From Myxococcales bacterium (GTDB lineage Bacteria; Myxococcota_A; Polyangia; Polyangiales; DASUME01): 64,000 nucleotides of DNA. The translations under genes were made by a program, and so were the position numbers. The stretch lies in contig JASGJH010000001.1 of the NCBI GenBank assembly GCA_047601445.1, positions 864,001-928,000 on the forward strand, in the 5' to 3' direction. Of the stretch, positions 8,903 to 18,888 are shown one piece after another; position 1 is the first letter of the stretch, and the number at the start of each line of letters is the position of its first letter. The notes under the pieces are model-generated. The model made no database searches, had not been told where the DNA came from, and worked only from the letters and a program-made list of their open reading frames with translations.

Positions 8903-11233
8903 ATGATCCCCCGGATGGGGCAGGATGCCCGAGACGTGCGGAGCAGGCGAGTGCGCTGCTGGTGGATGGCGCTCTTCCTGGCGTTCGCGGGCGGCTGCGC
9001 GCGCGATTCCGGACAGGAGCTCACGTACTGGCGCCTCGAGGTTCCCGGGCGAGCAGCGCTCGACGTCGTCCTCCCTAAGCACCTCGACAGCGAGCTGCCC
9101 AACGAGACCGTCACCTACCGCCTGACCAGCGAGGTGAGGTTGGACCCGGAGTTGGTCGGTAGGGAGATCGAGCTGCTCCTGCTCTACTTGCCCGCCGTGG
9201 TGCAGGTGCGCGTTGACGGCGCCGAGGCACGCATGGTGAGCCAGGCAGGAGCCAGCGCGGTGTACGGCGGCAGCATGCCCCGTCGCTTCCTGTTGCCCGT
9301 GCTGGCGAGCCAGCGCGAAGGACCACTTCGGATCGAGCTCTCAGTGCGACATGCCTGGACCCACAGTGCGTGGTGGGAGGCGGCGCCGATGCTCGTCCGG
9401 GTTGGCGTGCCCACGCCGCGCGCCGACAGCAACCGAATCCTCAACGAGCAGGGCGGCTGGTTCGGGTTGATTGCGCTGTCTCAGGTGGGCCTGACCTTCC
9501 TGGTGGTCTACTTCTGGGATCGGCGTCGCCGCGCCTATTTGTGGTTTGCCATTCAGGCCCTCACGGCGTCGTATTACCCGGCGTACATCCTCGGGCTGCC
9601 TGCGGTGTGGTTGGGCTGGGCCATGCAGAATGTAGTGCTGGCACAGTCGCTGGCGGTGGCGCCCATCATCTCGGTGTACTTCAGCCACGCCTTCTTCGGC
9701 TGGCGGCGACCGCACAACGTCTGGCTGGTGCTGCTCGGTATCGCGCTGCTCTCGCCTGTCACCGTGGCGGTGCGTGACTACCAGTACCACGACCTCTCGT
9801 ACGCCTCGCCCATCGTGGTGATCTGCGTGCTGAGCGCGGTGCTCTATCAGCTCGCGATGAGTATCCGCCTACTGCGCTCGGGCAAGGCCGATCGCGGCAC
9901 GGTCATCTTCTTTCTGTGCTGTTGGATCGCCCTGGGCAGCTCGAGCTGGGTCGACCTGTTGGCCTGGCTGGGCGTGGATCTTCTGGCAGGAGCGCGACCC
10001 GCCTGCGCCGGACTCGGGCTGTTCGCGATCTTCCAGTCGTTGCTCCTGGGACGCAGCCACTTCCGCTCGCTGGCCGAAGCCGATCGCTTGAACGAGACCC
10101 TGCGCAGTCAGGTGCAGGCCCTGGAGGCGCGGCAGACCGAGGTGGCCAACCTCAACGACGAGCTACGCAGGCAGATCGGCCGCCGCACGCAGGACATCCT
10201 CACCGCGCTCACGCAGAGCGGCGCCAAGACACCCCACGACATGGCGATCGGCGAGGTGATCGAGGGCCGCTATCGCGTGCTTGGCACGCTGGGCCGCGGG
10301 GGCATGGGCACGGTGTACCGCGTAGAGCGCGTGAGCGACGGCAAGCAGCTGGCCGCCAAGGTGTCCCAGGAGGTGCGCGGACTCGCCCTGGCGCGCCTCG
10401 CCCGGGAAGCCCAGATCGCAGCCAGCGTGCACCACCCGAACGTGGTCTCCATCGTGGACGCCGATGTCGCGCAGGATGGCTATGCGTTCCTGGTGATGGA
10501 GCTGGTGGAGGGCCGCTCGCTCGCCGAGTGTGAAGCTGGGCGCTCGCTCGGTTGGTGTCTGCGGGTGCTGCTCCAAACGCTCGAAGGAGTGCGAGCGCTC
10601 CACGCGCACGGCATCGTGCACCGCGACCTCAAGCCGAACAACATCCTGGTCTCGGACTATCGGCGCGAGGACCCACACGTGAAGATCACCGATTTCGGCA
10701 TCAGTCGCTGGCTGGCCGACGAGCCCGCTCGATTGGCCGCGCAGGACGGGGATCGCGGGAGCAACCAGACGGTCTCGTTGCGCAGTGGTGCCGCGGCCTC
10801 CGGGGTGCGCGATCTGCGCGAGCAGTCCGCCGACGCCAAACGTCCGCACGAGTCACACAGCTCTCCGCAGCTCACGCGCACCGGCGCCATCACCGGGACG
10901 CCGCTCTACGTGGCGCCGGAGCTCTCGGAGCGCGGTGCCCAGCTCACGCCGGCCGTCGACGTGTTCTCGCTCGGCGTCGTCGGCTACCGCCTGCTGATGG
11001 GCCGCCTGCCCCACGTGGAGGCGCCGCTCTTGGTGCGCTTGGCTGGACGCAGAATCCCCAGCATTGCGCCGGTGGCGTCGGTGCGCGACGACCTCTCGCC
11101 GGAGTTGTCGGCGGCGTTCGACGCGTGCCTGTCGCCGGATCCCGAGCGAAGGCCGGGAGTGGAGCGGCTGATCGCGCTCTTGAACGCGGAGCTCGCGCGC
11201 CAAAAATCGGGCGAGCGACTCACCGTCGACTGA
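8903..11233 (+). CDS. Membrane Ser/Thr protein kinase with extracellular domain and 7 TM segments (7TM-DISM-like)
   Basis: LGRGGMGTVY, AAK, HRDLKPNNIL, DFG, GTPLYVAPE, DVFSLG; seven hydrophobic segments and a coiled coil precede the kinase. Start uncertain. Confidence 0.9.
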   Translation: MIPRMGQDARDVRSRRVRCWWMALFLAFAGGCARDSGQELTYWRLEVPGRAALDVVLPKHLDSELPNETVTYRLTSEVRLDPELVGREIELLLLYLPAVVQVRVDGAEARMVSQAGASAVYGGSMPRRFLLPVLASQREGPLRIELSVRHAWTHSAWWEAAPMLVRVGVPTPRADSNRILNEQGGWFGLIALSQVGLTFLVVYFWDRRRRAYLWFAIQALTASYYPAYILGLPAVWLGWAMQNVVLAQSLAVAPIISVYFSHAFFGWRRPHNVWLVLLGIALLSPVTVAVRDYQYHDLSYASPIVVICVLSAVLYQLAMSIRLLRSGKADRGTVIFFLCCWIALGSSSWVDLLAWLGVDLLAGARPACAGLGLFAIFQSLLLGRSHFRSLAEADRLNETLRSQVQALEARQTEVANLNDELRRQIGRRTQDILTALTQSGAKTPHDMAIGEVIEGRYRVLGTLGRGGMGTVYRVERVSDGKQLAAKVSQEVRGLALARLAREAQIAASVHHPNVVSIVDADVAQDGYAFLVMELVEGRSLAECEAGRSLGWCLRVLLQTLEGVRALHAHGIVHRDLKPNNILVSDYRREDPHVKITDFGISRWLADEPARLAAQDGDRGSNQTVSLRSGAAASGVRDLREQSADAKRPHESHSSPQLTRTGAITGTPLYVAPELSERGAQLTPAVDVFSLGVVGYRLLMGRLPHVEAPLLVRLAGRRIPSIAPVASVRDDLSPELSAAFDACLSPDPERRPGVERLIALLNAELARQKSGERLTVD

Positions 11234-11266
11234 CCGACGCGCGAGGTCGTCGCAGCGCGCAGGCCA

Positions 11267-12550
11267 TCAAGCCAGCGGAGCTACATTCCCGCGCTCGACG
11301 AAGGGCGAGCGCTTGTAGTCCGGGGTGCACATCCAGTAGGAGTCGGGACTCTTTCCGTCGAGATACTCGTGTAGGCGCGGCGTGGTCCGCAGGTTGTCGT
11401 GGAACGGCTCGAGCAGCGTGCCCTGGTCGGTCTGCAACTCCTTCTTGAGCGGCACCAGATAGTGCGCGTTGAGCAGATGTCCCCAGGCTCCTTTGCGCTC
11501 GTAGCGGTCGCCCAAAATGCGCGTGCTACCGAGGCCGTGGGCAGGGCTCAACATGCCGAGCTGGGCCACCAGGTCACACTCGTTGCCATAGCTCTCGATC
11601 CAGGGCGCGTGGCGCGGCGGGCAGTGGCTGTCGGTCATCGCCACGAAGGGCTCCATGGAGGTGGCGCAGTTGGCAAAGCAGTAAAGCTCGAGCTTGCCGA
11701 TGTCGTCCCGCTGCAGCTTGCTCAGCGCCTCGTGCAGTGCCGGGTCTTGCTCACGGCGCTTCATGAGCTTGCGTGCCGCGCGTCGCTCGGGGCTGACGCG
11801 TTTGCCCGCGCGGCGCGGCATGGTGAAGGAATAGCGGCCTTCTTTCTTGAGCAGCGCCTCTTCGAGCGTCTTCAAGATTACCGCCGACAAGATGGTGCCC
11901 TGGGAGTGGCTCACCAACACCACGCGCTTGACCTTGGGATCGCACAGCGCGTCGAGCAGAGAGATCAAGCAGTTGCGCGCGCCGTCCGTGACCTTGTCGA
12001 AGGCCTTGCCCACGGCGCACTCGAGCAGATCCAGCACCAGGCCGTCGGTGCGGTTGTAGAGCAGGCGGATGGGCCGCTTGAAGAGATCGCTCAGCTGCTG
12101 TGCGTTGGCGCGCGCGACGGCCTGATTGGTGCAGATGCCATTGACGAAGAACCAAGCCTCGGACGGGTAGAGATCGGGGCCGCCGAGTCGGGGCGGCGCG
12201 GTCCACACGTCGTCGCGAAAGTACGGCAGCACCAGGGCCCACTGAGGGAGCACCGCGCGCGCCACGATCTTCACGCCCCTCGACCAGGGCACCAGCAGGT
12301 CGCCCTCGCACACCACGGGTTGGCCCATGCTGGCGTTTTGGAGCGTGTTGCGCGTACGCAGCGAGCCGCGCTCGCCGAAGATGGACTTGAGGACGCGGCC
12401 CCTTGGCTGCGAAAGCGCGCGTCCCACGATGAACGCCAGGTTGAGACTACGCTCGACGGGATGGTCGAGTCGGGTGGCCTGCCTGGTGGCCTCTTCGTGC
12501 TCGCGCGCTAGGACGGCGGACGGCGGTCCGCGTTTGATGATCTGGAGCAT
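11267..12550 (-). CDS. Uncharacterised alpha/beta-hydrolase-like protein
   Basis: WFFVNGICT, NRTDGLVLDLLEC, VVLVSHSQG nucleophile-like elbow, KLELYCFAN, IESYGNECDLVA, GHLLNAHY. Confidence 0.7.
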   Translation of the reverse strand: MLQIIKRGPPSAVLAREHEEATRQATRLDHPVERSLNLAFIVGRALSQPRGRVLKSIFGERGSLRTRNTLQNASMGQPVVCEGDLLVPWSRGVKIVARAVLPQWALVLPYFRDDVWTAPPRLGGPDLYPSEAWFFVNGICTNQAVARANAQQLSDLFKRPIRLLYNRTDGLVLDLLECAVGKAFDKVTDGARNCLISLLDALCDPKVKRVVLVSHSQGTILSAVILKTLEEALLKKEGRYSFTMPRRAGKRVSPERRAARKLMKRREQDPALHEALSKLQRDDIGKLELYCFANCATSMEPFVAMTDSHCPPRHAPWIESYGNECDLVAQLGMLSPAHGLGSTRILGDRYERKGAWGHLLNAHYLVPLKKELQTDQGTLLEPFHDNLRTTPRLHEYLDGKSPDSYWMCTPDYKRSPFVERGNVAPLA

Positions 12551-12679
12551 GGTCGGTCTCCCTCGGGAGGAACAACTGCCAGCCCTGTTTTGCCCTGGGA
12601 GAGGGGGCCTTCCAATCGAAAAACTACGGACCTGCCTGCGGTCGCGCGCGTGGCGTTGCCATCCTTGGAGGGGCTGCGC

Positions 12680-13375
12680 TCAGTGATGCCGACCCGCGTG
12701 TCCGCCGGTGACGTGGGCATGGCCGCCGCCGTAGCCCATGCCGTGATGACCGTGGTAGCCACCGTAGCCCCCGCCATAGTAGCCGCGGCCGTAATAGCCA
12801 CCGTAGTAGGGCCTGCCGAAGCCCACTCCGAGCCCGTAACCGAGGCCCAACCCCACGCCGAGACCCACGCGCGGATAGCCCCAGTAGGGCGTATATCCGT
12901 AGTAGCTGCCCCAACCGGGATAGCCGTAGGCACCGTAGTAATAGGGGGAGGGATACGAGGCGATTTGCCAACCGGAGTTGCGCGCGCGAGGGGCAAACTC
13001 GGGCTCGATCTTGGGCGACTCGCCGTGGGGCTTGCTGTCGAAGGCTGCAAGCAAGGGCGAATCACGCGGCGTGAACGCGGGCAGCGGAGGTGCCACGGGG
13101 GCCGCTTGGGGCGCGCCGGCAACGCTGTTCGCAGCGGGTGCTGCGACCGGGGCAGACGCGAGCGGGGGCGCGGCGAGGATGACGCGGGGCTGTGCCGGCA
13201 CGGTGACGACTGGGACGAAGGGAGGCGGCGTCACGGGGTTGGTGCGCGAGTAGAGCGGAGCCTGCACCGGCGTCGTTCCGCGTTTGGCACAGCCGGGTAA
13301 CGCAGCGAGACAGCTCAAGAGAACGGCGAGCCCAAGCTTGGAGCGCCGGCTAGAAGACACGTTGGCTACGGACAT
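12680..13375 (-). CDS. Pro-rich / Gly-Tyr-rich lipoprotein
   Basis: Signal peptide with LPGC lipobox; Pro/Ala linker; YGY/GGYYG low-complexity tail; GGAGG RBS upstream. Confidence 0.65.
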   Translation of the reverse strand: MSVANVSSSRRSKLGLAVLLSCLAALPGCAKRGTTPVQAPLYSRTNPVTPPPFVPVVTVPAQPRVILAAPPLASAPVAAPAANSVAGAPQAAPVAPPLPAFTPRDSPLLAAFDSKPHGESPKIEPEFAPRARNSGWQIASYPSPYYYGAYGYPGWGSYYGYTPYWGYPRVGLGVGLGLGYGLGVGFGRPYYGGYYGRGYYGGGYGGYHGHHGMGYGGGHAHVTGGHAGRHH

Positions 13376-13497
13376 CGGGGCCTCCCCAGAAGCTTGCCTC
13401 GGTTAACAAGACGACGCGATAGAGGTCGCGGTTCCGTCTACTTCGAGCTCTGCTCGCGCACCTTCACCGGAGCGGCGCTCGATACGCCGAACCTCGC

Positions 13498-14172
13498 TCA
13501 GGTACTGGGCTTCTCTCCGCCCGGCTTGGAGCGGATGGTCTTGCGCGACGGCAGGTCCTGCGTGCGCACACGGTTGTCGAGCTCGTTGGGATTCTCACGT
13601 TCCGCTGGGACCGTCGTGGCGAGCGTCTCCCCCAGCTGTTTGATCACTTCGCACAAGCCGTTCCCCGATTGCCCCTCGCGGATGCGTGTGCCCAGGTGTT
13701 GCGCATACTGGTTCCAGCCCGCCGTCTGCACGCGCGCATGGATGCCCTCGTCCCCGAGGATGACCACCTTGTGCTCGAGCTCCGAGAGCAAGATCAGGAC
13801 TCCCGTGCGTCCGCGCGTATCGAACACCGAGTGCTCGAGGAACGCCATCTCGGCTGCGCGCTCCACCGCGCCCTGACTGCGATGCTGGGGCGTCAGGGAG
13901 CGCAGCACCGCTGGCACGCCGCTCACGAACCAACTCACGATGGCCGCCGCGAATTGGAGCGCGAGCACGTAGGTGGCGCTCCACTCGGGCCGCACGAAGT
14001 GGGCCAGCGCCGCGCTCAGAGCGGACATGCCGAGCACCGTCCACAAACGCACGTCCGTGTAGGGCTCGCTCTGCCCGATGGTGGTGACCACGATCTCGGC
14101 AGCCGTGTAGCGCTCCACCTCGTCGATGGTCTGCTCCACGCGCGCGGTTTCTTCGGTCGTCAGCACGCCCAT
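13498..14172 (-). CDS. TPM domain membrane protein
   Basis: VERYTAAEIV, two TMs, AEMAFLEHSVFDTRGRTGVLILLSELEHKVVILGDEGI, ENPNELDN. Confidence 0.9.
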   Translation of the reverse strand: MGVLTTEETARVEQTIDEVERYTAAEIVVTTIGQSEPYTDVRLWTVLGMSALSAALAHFVRPEWSATYVLALQFAAAIVSWFVSGVPAVLRSLTPQHRSQGAVERAAEMAFLEHSVFDTRGRTGVLILLSELEHKVVILGDEGIHARVQTAGWNQYAQHLGTRIREGQSGNGLCEVIKQLGETLATTVPAERENPNELDNRVRTQDLPSRKTIRSKPGGEKPST

Positions 14173-14175
14173 GGC

Positions 14176-14940
14176 TCACCAATCCCCGGAGGCGCCGCCG
14201 CCACCAAATCCGCCGCCTCCGCCGAAGCCGCCCCCACCACCGCCCCCACCGAAGCCGCCCCCACCGAAGCCACCGCCGCCGAAGCCACCGCCGCCGAAGC
14301 CACCGTAGTAACCACCAAATCCGCGACGTCGCCGACCAAAGCGACCGCTCAGCAGCAGGAACACGAACAGCACCACGAAGATGAGCAAGAGCGGGGGCGC
14401 TCCCTGCTGGTGTTGCCCGCGAGCCTGAGGCAGGGCGTTGGGATCCCCGCGCCCCTGCGCCATGAGCACATCGAACGCCTGATTGATGCCGCCAGGCATG
14501 TCGCCGGCGCGAAAGGCAGGCGCCATCACTTCGCGCACCACACGTGCCGCGAGCGCGTCGGGAATGGTGCCCTCGAGTCCGTAGCCTACCTCGATGCGCA
14601 TCTTGCGGTCCTGCGGGACCACCAACATCACGAGGCCGTCGTCTTGCTTGGCACTACCGAGCTTCCAGGCCTCGGCCACCGCGATGGAATAGTCCTCGAT
14701 GGGCTCGTCGCCGAGCGTGGGCACCGTGAGCAGGGCGAACTCCTGGCTGGTCGCCTGCTTGTGCGCCAGCAGCTTGGTTTCCAGCGTCTGCCGCTGCTCC
14801 GGCGAGAGCACGCCTGCCAGGTCGTTCACCGGGCCCCGCAGGGGAGGCACGTCGAGCGCCCGCGCGGACACCGCCAGGCTGCACCAACAGAGCACAGCCA
14901 GCGTGAGCCCTCGCCAAAGAGAGCCCATCGAAATCCTCAA
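14176..14940 (-). CDS. TPM domain (YgcG-like) protein with Gly-rich tail
   Basis: VNDLAGVL, DDGLVMLV, MRIEVGYGLEGTIPD, GGGGFGGGGASGDW terminus. Confidence 0.92.
   Translation of the reverse strand: MRISMGSLWRGLTLAVLCWCSLAVSARALDVPPLRGPVNDLAGVLSPEQRQTLETKLLAHKQATSQEFALLTVPTLGDEPIEDYSIAVAEAWKLGSAKQDDGLVMLVVPQDRKMRIEVGYGLEGTIPDALAARVVREVMAPAFRAGDMPGGINQAFDVLMAQGRGDPNALPQARGQHQQGAPPLLLIFVVLFVFLLLSGRFGRRRRGFGGYYGGFGGGGFGGGGFGGGGFGGGGGGGGFGGGGGFGGGGASGDW
14190..14305 (-). repeat. Coding tandem repeats (GGGGF)n in the TPM protein tail
   Basis: Repeated CCGAAGCC(A/G)CC(G/C)CC units on the + strand. Confidence 0.7.
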
Positions 14941-15545
14941 AACGCGACCTCCGGCGGCTTCTCGCTGCCAGGGTCGCCCTTGAAGGTGGCGCGCTCCTTC
15001 TTGCCGCGCATGGAGGCACCGATGCTGCTCGGGAAACGCAACACGGTCTTGTTGTACTCCGCGACCGACTCGATGTAGCGCTTGCGTGCCACCGTGATGC
15101 GGTTCTCGGTGCCCTCGAGCTGGGCCTGCAGATCACGAAACTGTGCGCTCGCCTTGAGGTCCGGATAGTTCTCGGACACCACCAAGAGGCGCGAGAGGGC
15201 GCCCGAGAGCTGCGCCTGGGCAGCCTCGAACTTCTGCAGCTTCTCGGGGTCGTCGATGATGGACTGGTCCACCGTCATCTTGCCCACGCTGCTGCGGGCC
15301 TCGACCACCTTCTGCAAGGTCTCCTTCTCGAAGTTGGCCGCTCCCTGTACCGTCTTCACCAGGTTGGGCACCAAGTCTGCGCGCCGCTTGTACTGGTTCT
15401 CGACCTCGGACCACGCCGCCTTCACGTCTTCGTCGCGATCGATCACGTCGTTGTAACCGCAGCCTGTGCTGGCGGCGAGCGCGATGAATGCCGCGAGCCA
15501 GAGCTGGATGGGGACGGCCCAACGCATCGGAGAGCTGTTTTGCAT
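14937..15545 (-). CDS. lemA: LemA family protein
   Basis: GCGYN, AWSEVENQYKRRADLVPNLV, ENYPDLKA, LEGTENRITVARKRY. Confidence 0.95.
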   Translation of the reverse strand: MQNSSPMRWAVPIQLWLAAFIALAASTGCGYNDVIDRDEDVKAAWSEVENQYKRRADLVPNLVKTVQGAANFEKETLQKVVEARSSVGKMTVDQSIIDDPEKLQKFEAAQAQLSGALSRLLVVSENYPDLKASAQFRDLQAQLEGTENRITVARKRYIESVAEYNKTVLRFPSSIGASMRGKKERATFKGDPGSEKPPEVAF

Positions 15546-15684
15546 CGCGTAACTATGGATCAGAGAATCGAAACGACGCAGGCTCCTTTTGCATCCCCGT
15601 CGTGGGTACGTGCCAGCGCGACGCGCGCCCTCGTGCGCGCGAGCGGCAGAAATATCGCTCCCAAACGGCGTCTCTCTCGTGTGC

Positions 15685-16413
15685 TCAGGAATCGTCGCTG
15701 AGTAGGAAATATTCGCTCGTCATCACGGTTTGAATACGCGGTAACTCCAGGAACGAAGTCACGCTCCGCAGCATGGCGCCCATGTTCTCCGCCAGGCCCT
15801 CGAGGCTGTGTGCGCAGTAGAACAGGTAGGGGTCCTCCACGTGCCGCGCTGAAGGCCAGGCCTCCTCCACGATGCCGCCATAGATGGGCGCACCAGGTGT
15901 CAGGCAGCGCGTGACCACGCTGCGCACGTAGCGCGTGCGCGGTTGCATGAGCTCCGACAGCGGTGACTGACGACCGTGCCAGTGCGCGATCCAGTCGGCG
16001 TAGAGAACATGGCGCGGGCGCTCGAGCAGCGTCACCGAGACCACGCCCGGTGAGCGTTCGCCGTCGGGCCAGTCGCGTGCACGTGCGTGTCGGTTTCCGC
16101 CGTAGTCGGTGTAGAGCATCTCGTCGACCGCGTAGCCGTGGACACGGTCGGCGCGCGCCTCGAGGGCGAGCTCGAGCTGGCTCTGCTTGCGGGGATCGTC
16201 GAGCGTGAGCGAGAGCAGGGCATCGAAGGGGGCACGTCCGGTGCACCCCGTGGAAGGAGAACGCACCCGGGCGTCGCTGTCGCGGCATTGCAACGTCAGG
16301 CGGTGTGCTCCGAGGTTGCGCGCGAGCTTGGGAAGCTCGTCGAGCAGGCGTTCACAGAAGCCATCGCGGTGTTGGTCGCCTGGAGCCCACAGCAGATAGA
16401 TCCACCTAGGCAT
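15685..16413 (-). CDS. EthD-like dimeric alpha/beta-barrel protein
   Basis: WIAHWHGRQSPLS..QPRTRYVRSVV, GIVEEAW; overlaps the upstream SDR stop. Confidence 0.65.
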   Translation of the reverse strand: MPRWIYLLWAPGDQHRDGFCERLLDELPKLARNLGAHRLTLQCRDSDARVRSPSTGCTGRAPFDALLSLTLDDPRKQSQLELALEARADRVHGYAVDEMLYTDYGGNRHARARDWPDGERSPGVVSVTLLERPRHVLYADWIAHWHGRQSPLSELMQPRTRYVRSVVTRCLTPGAPIYGGIVEEAWPSARHVEDPYLFYCAHSLEGLAENMGAMLRSVTSFLELPRIQTVMTSEYFLLSDDS

Positions 16414-17219
16414 GCTTGCGCCCATACATCTTGCGCGTGGCCCGACTGATGAAGCTAACCGCCTGCGCACGCGGTAAGAAGCGCATCACGTAGGCCGCCG
16501 CCCGATTCACACTGCCCGGGATCATGCTCGGCGTCGCGCCCAACTTGGCCAATGCCTCGCGCGCGACTTGCTGGGCCTCCATGGGGCGCGCCAATGCACC
16601 ACCGTCGGCGGGCTGGCTGCTCTCGAAGGTCGGCGTGCGCGTGGCCCCCGCCACGCATGCGAGTACATCGACCCCGTGCCCGCGCAGCTCTTCCCAGAGC
16701 CCTTCGGCCAGCACCGTGTTGAAGGCCTTGGTGGCCGCATAGCTCACGACCATGGCCGTGCCCTGCAAACCGCTCATCGACGACATCAAGATCAGCCCGC
16801 CGCGCTTGCGCGCGCGCATGCTCTTGCCGAAGTGATAGGCCAGCGCCAAGGGCCCGCGACAGTTCAGGTCGATGGCTCGCAGATGATCCTCGAGCGCGTG
16901 GTCGAGGAATTCTCCCTGGATCGAGTGCGCTGCGTTGTAGACCATCAGGCCGATCTCGAGACCGGCGGTCGCGCTCGCGATGCTCTCCAGGGCCGAGGCC
17001 GCGCTCAGAATCCACCTCCAGGCAGCGCACCTCCACGGCGTGGCGACTCCGCAAGGTCTGGGCCAGGGCATCGAGCGGTCCACGTCGGCGCGCCGCGAGC
17101 ACGAGCGAGAAGCCGTGCTTGGCGAGCTCCTCCGCGAAGGCTCGACCGATGCCTTCGGACGCTCCCGCCACCAGGGCCCACGTACCATAGCGACGTATCA
17201 ACGCGGCGGAATCCAGCAC
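16406..17219 (-). CDS. Short-chain dehydrogenase/reductase (17beta-HSD/KAR-like), frameshifted at ~17010
   Basis: RYGTWALVAGASEGIG and LVLAARR in one frame; YNAA, MSSMSG, YAATKAF in the other. Joined by removing one base at GAATC 17008-17012. Confidence 0.85.
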
Positions 17220-17327
17220 GGCCCGCAAGCTAGTGCCTCGGAGCCTGCCTGGCCAGGAACTGGGATGCTCGGGCGGCAGGCGGCGCCATGGGGTTGAGCA
17301 TCCCGGGCCCTCACTGCAGGATAGGGG

Positions 17328-17606
17328 ATGGACTGGAAGCTGCTGAGCTCGACCTACTTCGCGATCTTGCTGGCCGAAATGGGGGACAAGACCCAACTGG
17401 CCACCATGAGCCTGGCGGCTGGGCAAAAGGCGCGCTGGACCGTGTTCGGGGCGGCAGCCTGCGCGCTGGTCACCTCCACTTTGATCGCGGTGCTCGCTGG
17501 CGACCTGGTGGCTCGCTACATCCCGCCGATTTGGATCCGGCGCGGCGCCGGCATTCTGTTCGTGGCGCTCGGCCTCAACATGCTGCTCGGCAAGAACGGG
17601 GGCTAG
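17328..17606 (+). CDS. TMEM165/GDT1 (UPF0016) family, single-repeat form
   Basis: Signature LAEMGDKTQLAT; three hydrophobic segments. Confidence 0.92.
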   Translation: MDWKLLSSTYFAILLAEMGDKTQLATMSLAAGQKARWTVFGAAACALVTSTLIAVLAGDLVARYIPPIWIRRGAGILFVALGLNMLLGKNGG

Positions 17607-17615
17607 TCGTGCTTT

Positions 17616-18887
17616 CTAGGCGGTGGCCAGGGGCCGCGCGCGCTGAGGGCTTTCGGCCTTGTCGCCGCTGCTCCGATCGATGACGCTCTTGTCCGTGCGC
17701 TCGAGTTTGAGCAGTGACTCCTCGAGGTCGCTCACGATATTCGAGAAGTTGATGAAGGCCTCGTAGGGGCTTTCGTAGGGGCTGAAGTACGCGTGCACGT
17801 CGGCGTCGCCGAACCACTTGGTGCACATGTAGTAGTAATGATCGGACGTCGTGAGCTTGCGCCACAGCGCGAGCAGGCCTGGCTGATTGTGCTGCGCGAT
17901 GCGCTCCCTGAGCCCGTGCACGCGCTCGAGGGCCCGCGTTTGCATCTCGTTGCCGCACCAGGCAGAGAGGTCGCGCTCGTTGTCAGCCCAGGAGACCGTG
18001 CGAGGAAAGCTCAAGCTGGAGCGAGCCACCGACGTGGCGATCACCTCGGACGGAGTCTTGAAGCCAAAGCCGGGCTCACTCAACACGGCTTCGGGCAGCT
18101 GCTGCAGGAACTGAAAGATGCCGCTCTCCGACGCCTGGTGCTCACCGAAGGTCTCGTAGTCCATGAAGAGGTTCACGCTGTCGGCGCCCGCACCAGCTCG
18201 GTGCAGCCAGCCTGCGAACGTCTCGGGCGCGAGCGGGTAGTGGTCCCAACTGCGATCGGAGAATCGGAACGCGATGTCGTCGGACAGGCGGTAGTTCTTG
18301 AGCAGCAGCGCCAGCGTCGGATCCCCTGCGGCACGGTAGACCAGGTTGGGGCTCAGGCCGCCCGCGAGGATATCGTCGGCGCCCTCCGCCAGCATGCCCT
18401 GGAAACCGAGCGCGGCGACCTCGCGCCCGATGGCGTCGTCGTAGATGAGCTCGGTGTTGGCCAGCACCCGCGGCGTCACACCGAAGATGGTTTGCATGAG
18501 TCGTGTGTGGAGCTCCACCTGGGCGCGAAACTCGAGCGGGTCGTAGAGCGAGGCCAACGAATGGTGGTAGGTCTCTCCCAATAGCTCCACGGCGCCCGTC
18601 TCGACCAGGCGCTGAAAGCTCTCCACGACCTCGGGCGCGTAGGCCTCCATCTGCTCGAGCGCGACGCCCGTGATGGCGTAGGACACCCGGAAACGCCCCT
18701 CCGTGCGCTCGATGAGCTCGAGGATGGTCTCGTTGGCCGGCAGGTAGCACTTGGTGGCCACCTTCTGCAGGATCTCCCGGTTGAGTCTCTCGTCGAAGTA
18801 GTCGTGGTGCGCGCCCACCTGGAACACGTCGTACGGACGCACGCGATAGGGCTGGTGCACTTCGAAGTAGAAGCAAACCGAGGACAT
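17616..18887 (-). CDS. Glycoside hydrolase family 57 (alpha-amylase-like)
   Basis: FEVHQPYR, KCYLPAN, ETYHHSL, NTELIY, NYRLSDDIAFRFS, FMDYETFGEHQ, SWAD.ERDLSAW, TSDHYYYM. Confidence 0.95.
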   Translation of the reverse strand: MSSVCFYFEVHQPYRVRPYDVFQVGAHHDYFDERLNREILQKVATKCYLPANETILELIERTEGRFRVSYAITGVALEQMEAYAPEVVESFQRLVETGAVELLGETYHHSLASLYDPLEFRAQVELHTRLMQTIFGVTPRVLANTELIYDDAIGREVAALGFQGMLAEGADDILAGGLSPNLVYRAAGDPTLALLLKNYRLSDDIAFRFSDRSWDHYPLAPETFAGWLHRAGAGADSVNLFMDYETFGEHQASESGIFQFLQQLPEAVLSEPGFGFKTPSEVIATSVARSSLSFPRTVSWADNERDLSAWCGNEMQTRALERVHGLRERIAQHNQPGLLALWRKLTTSDHYYYMCTKWFGDADVHAYFSPYESPYEAFINFSNIVSDLEESLLKLERTDKSVIDRSSGDKAESPQRARPLATA

Positions 18888-18888
18888 C

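Noticed and set aside
14190..14305. Tandem repeats as a CRISPR or other non-coding array
   Set aside because: No spacers; they encode the standard Gly-rich tail of TPM proteins.
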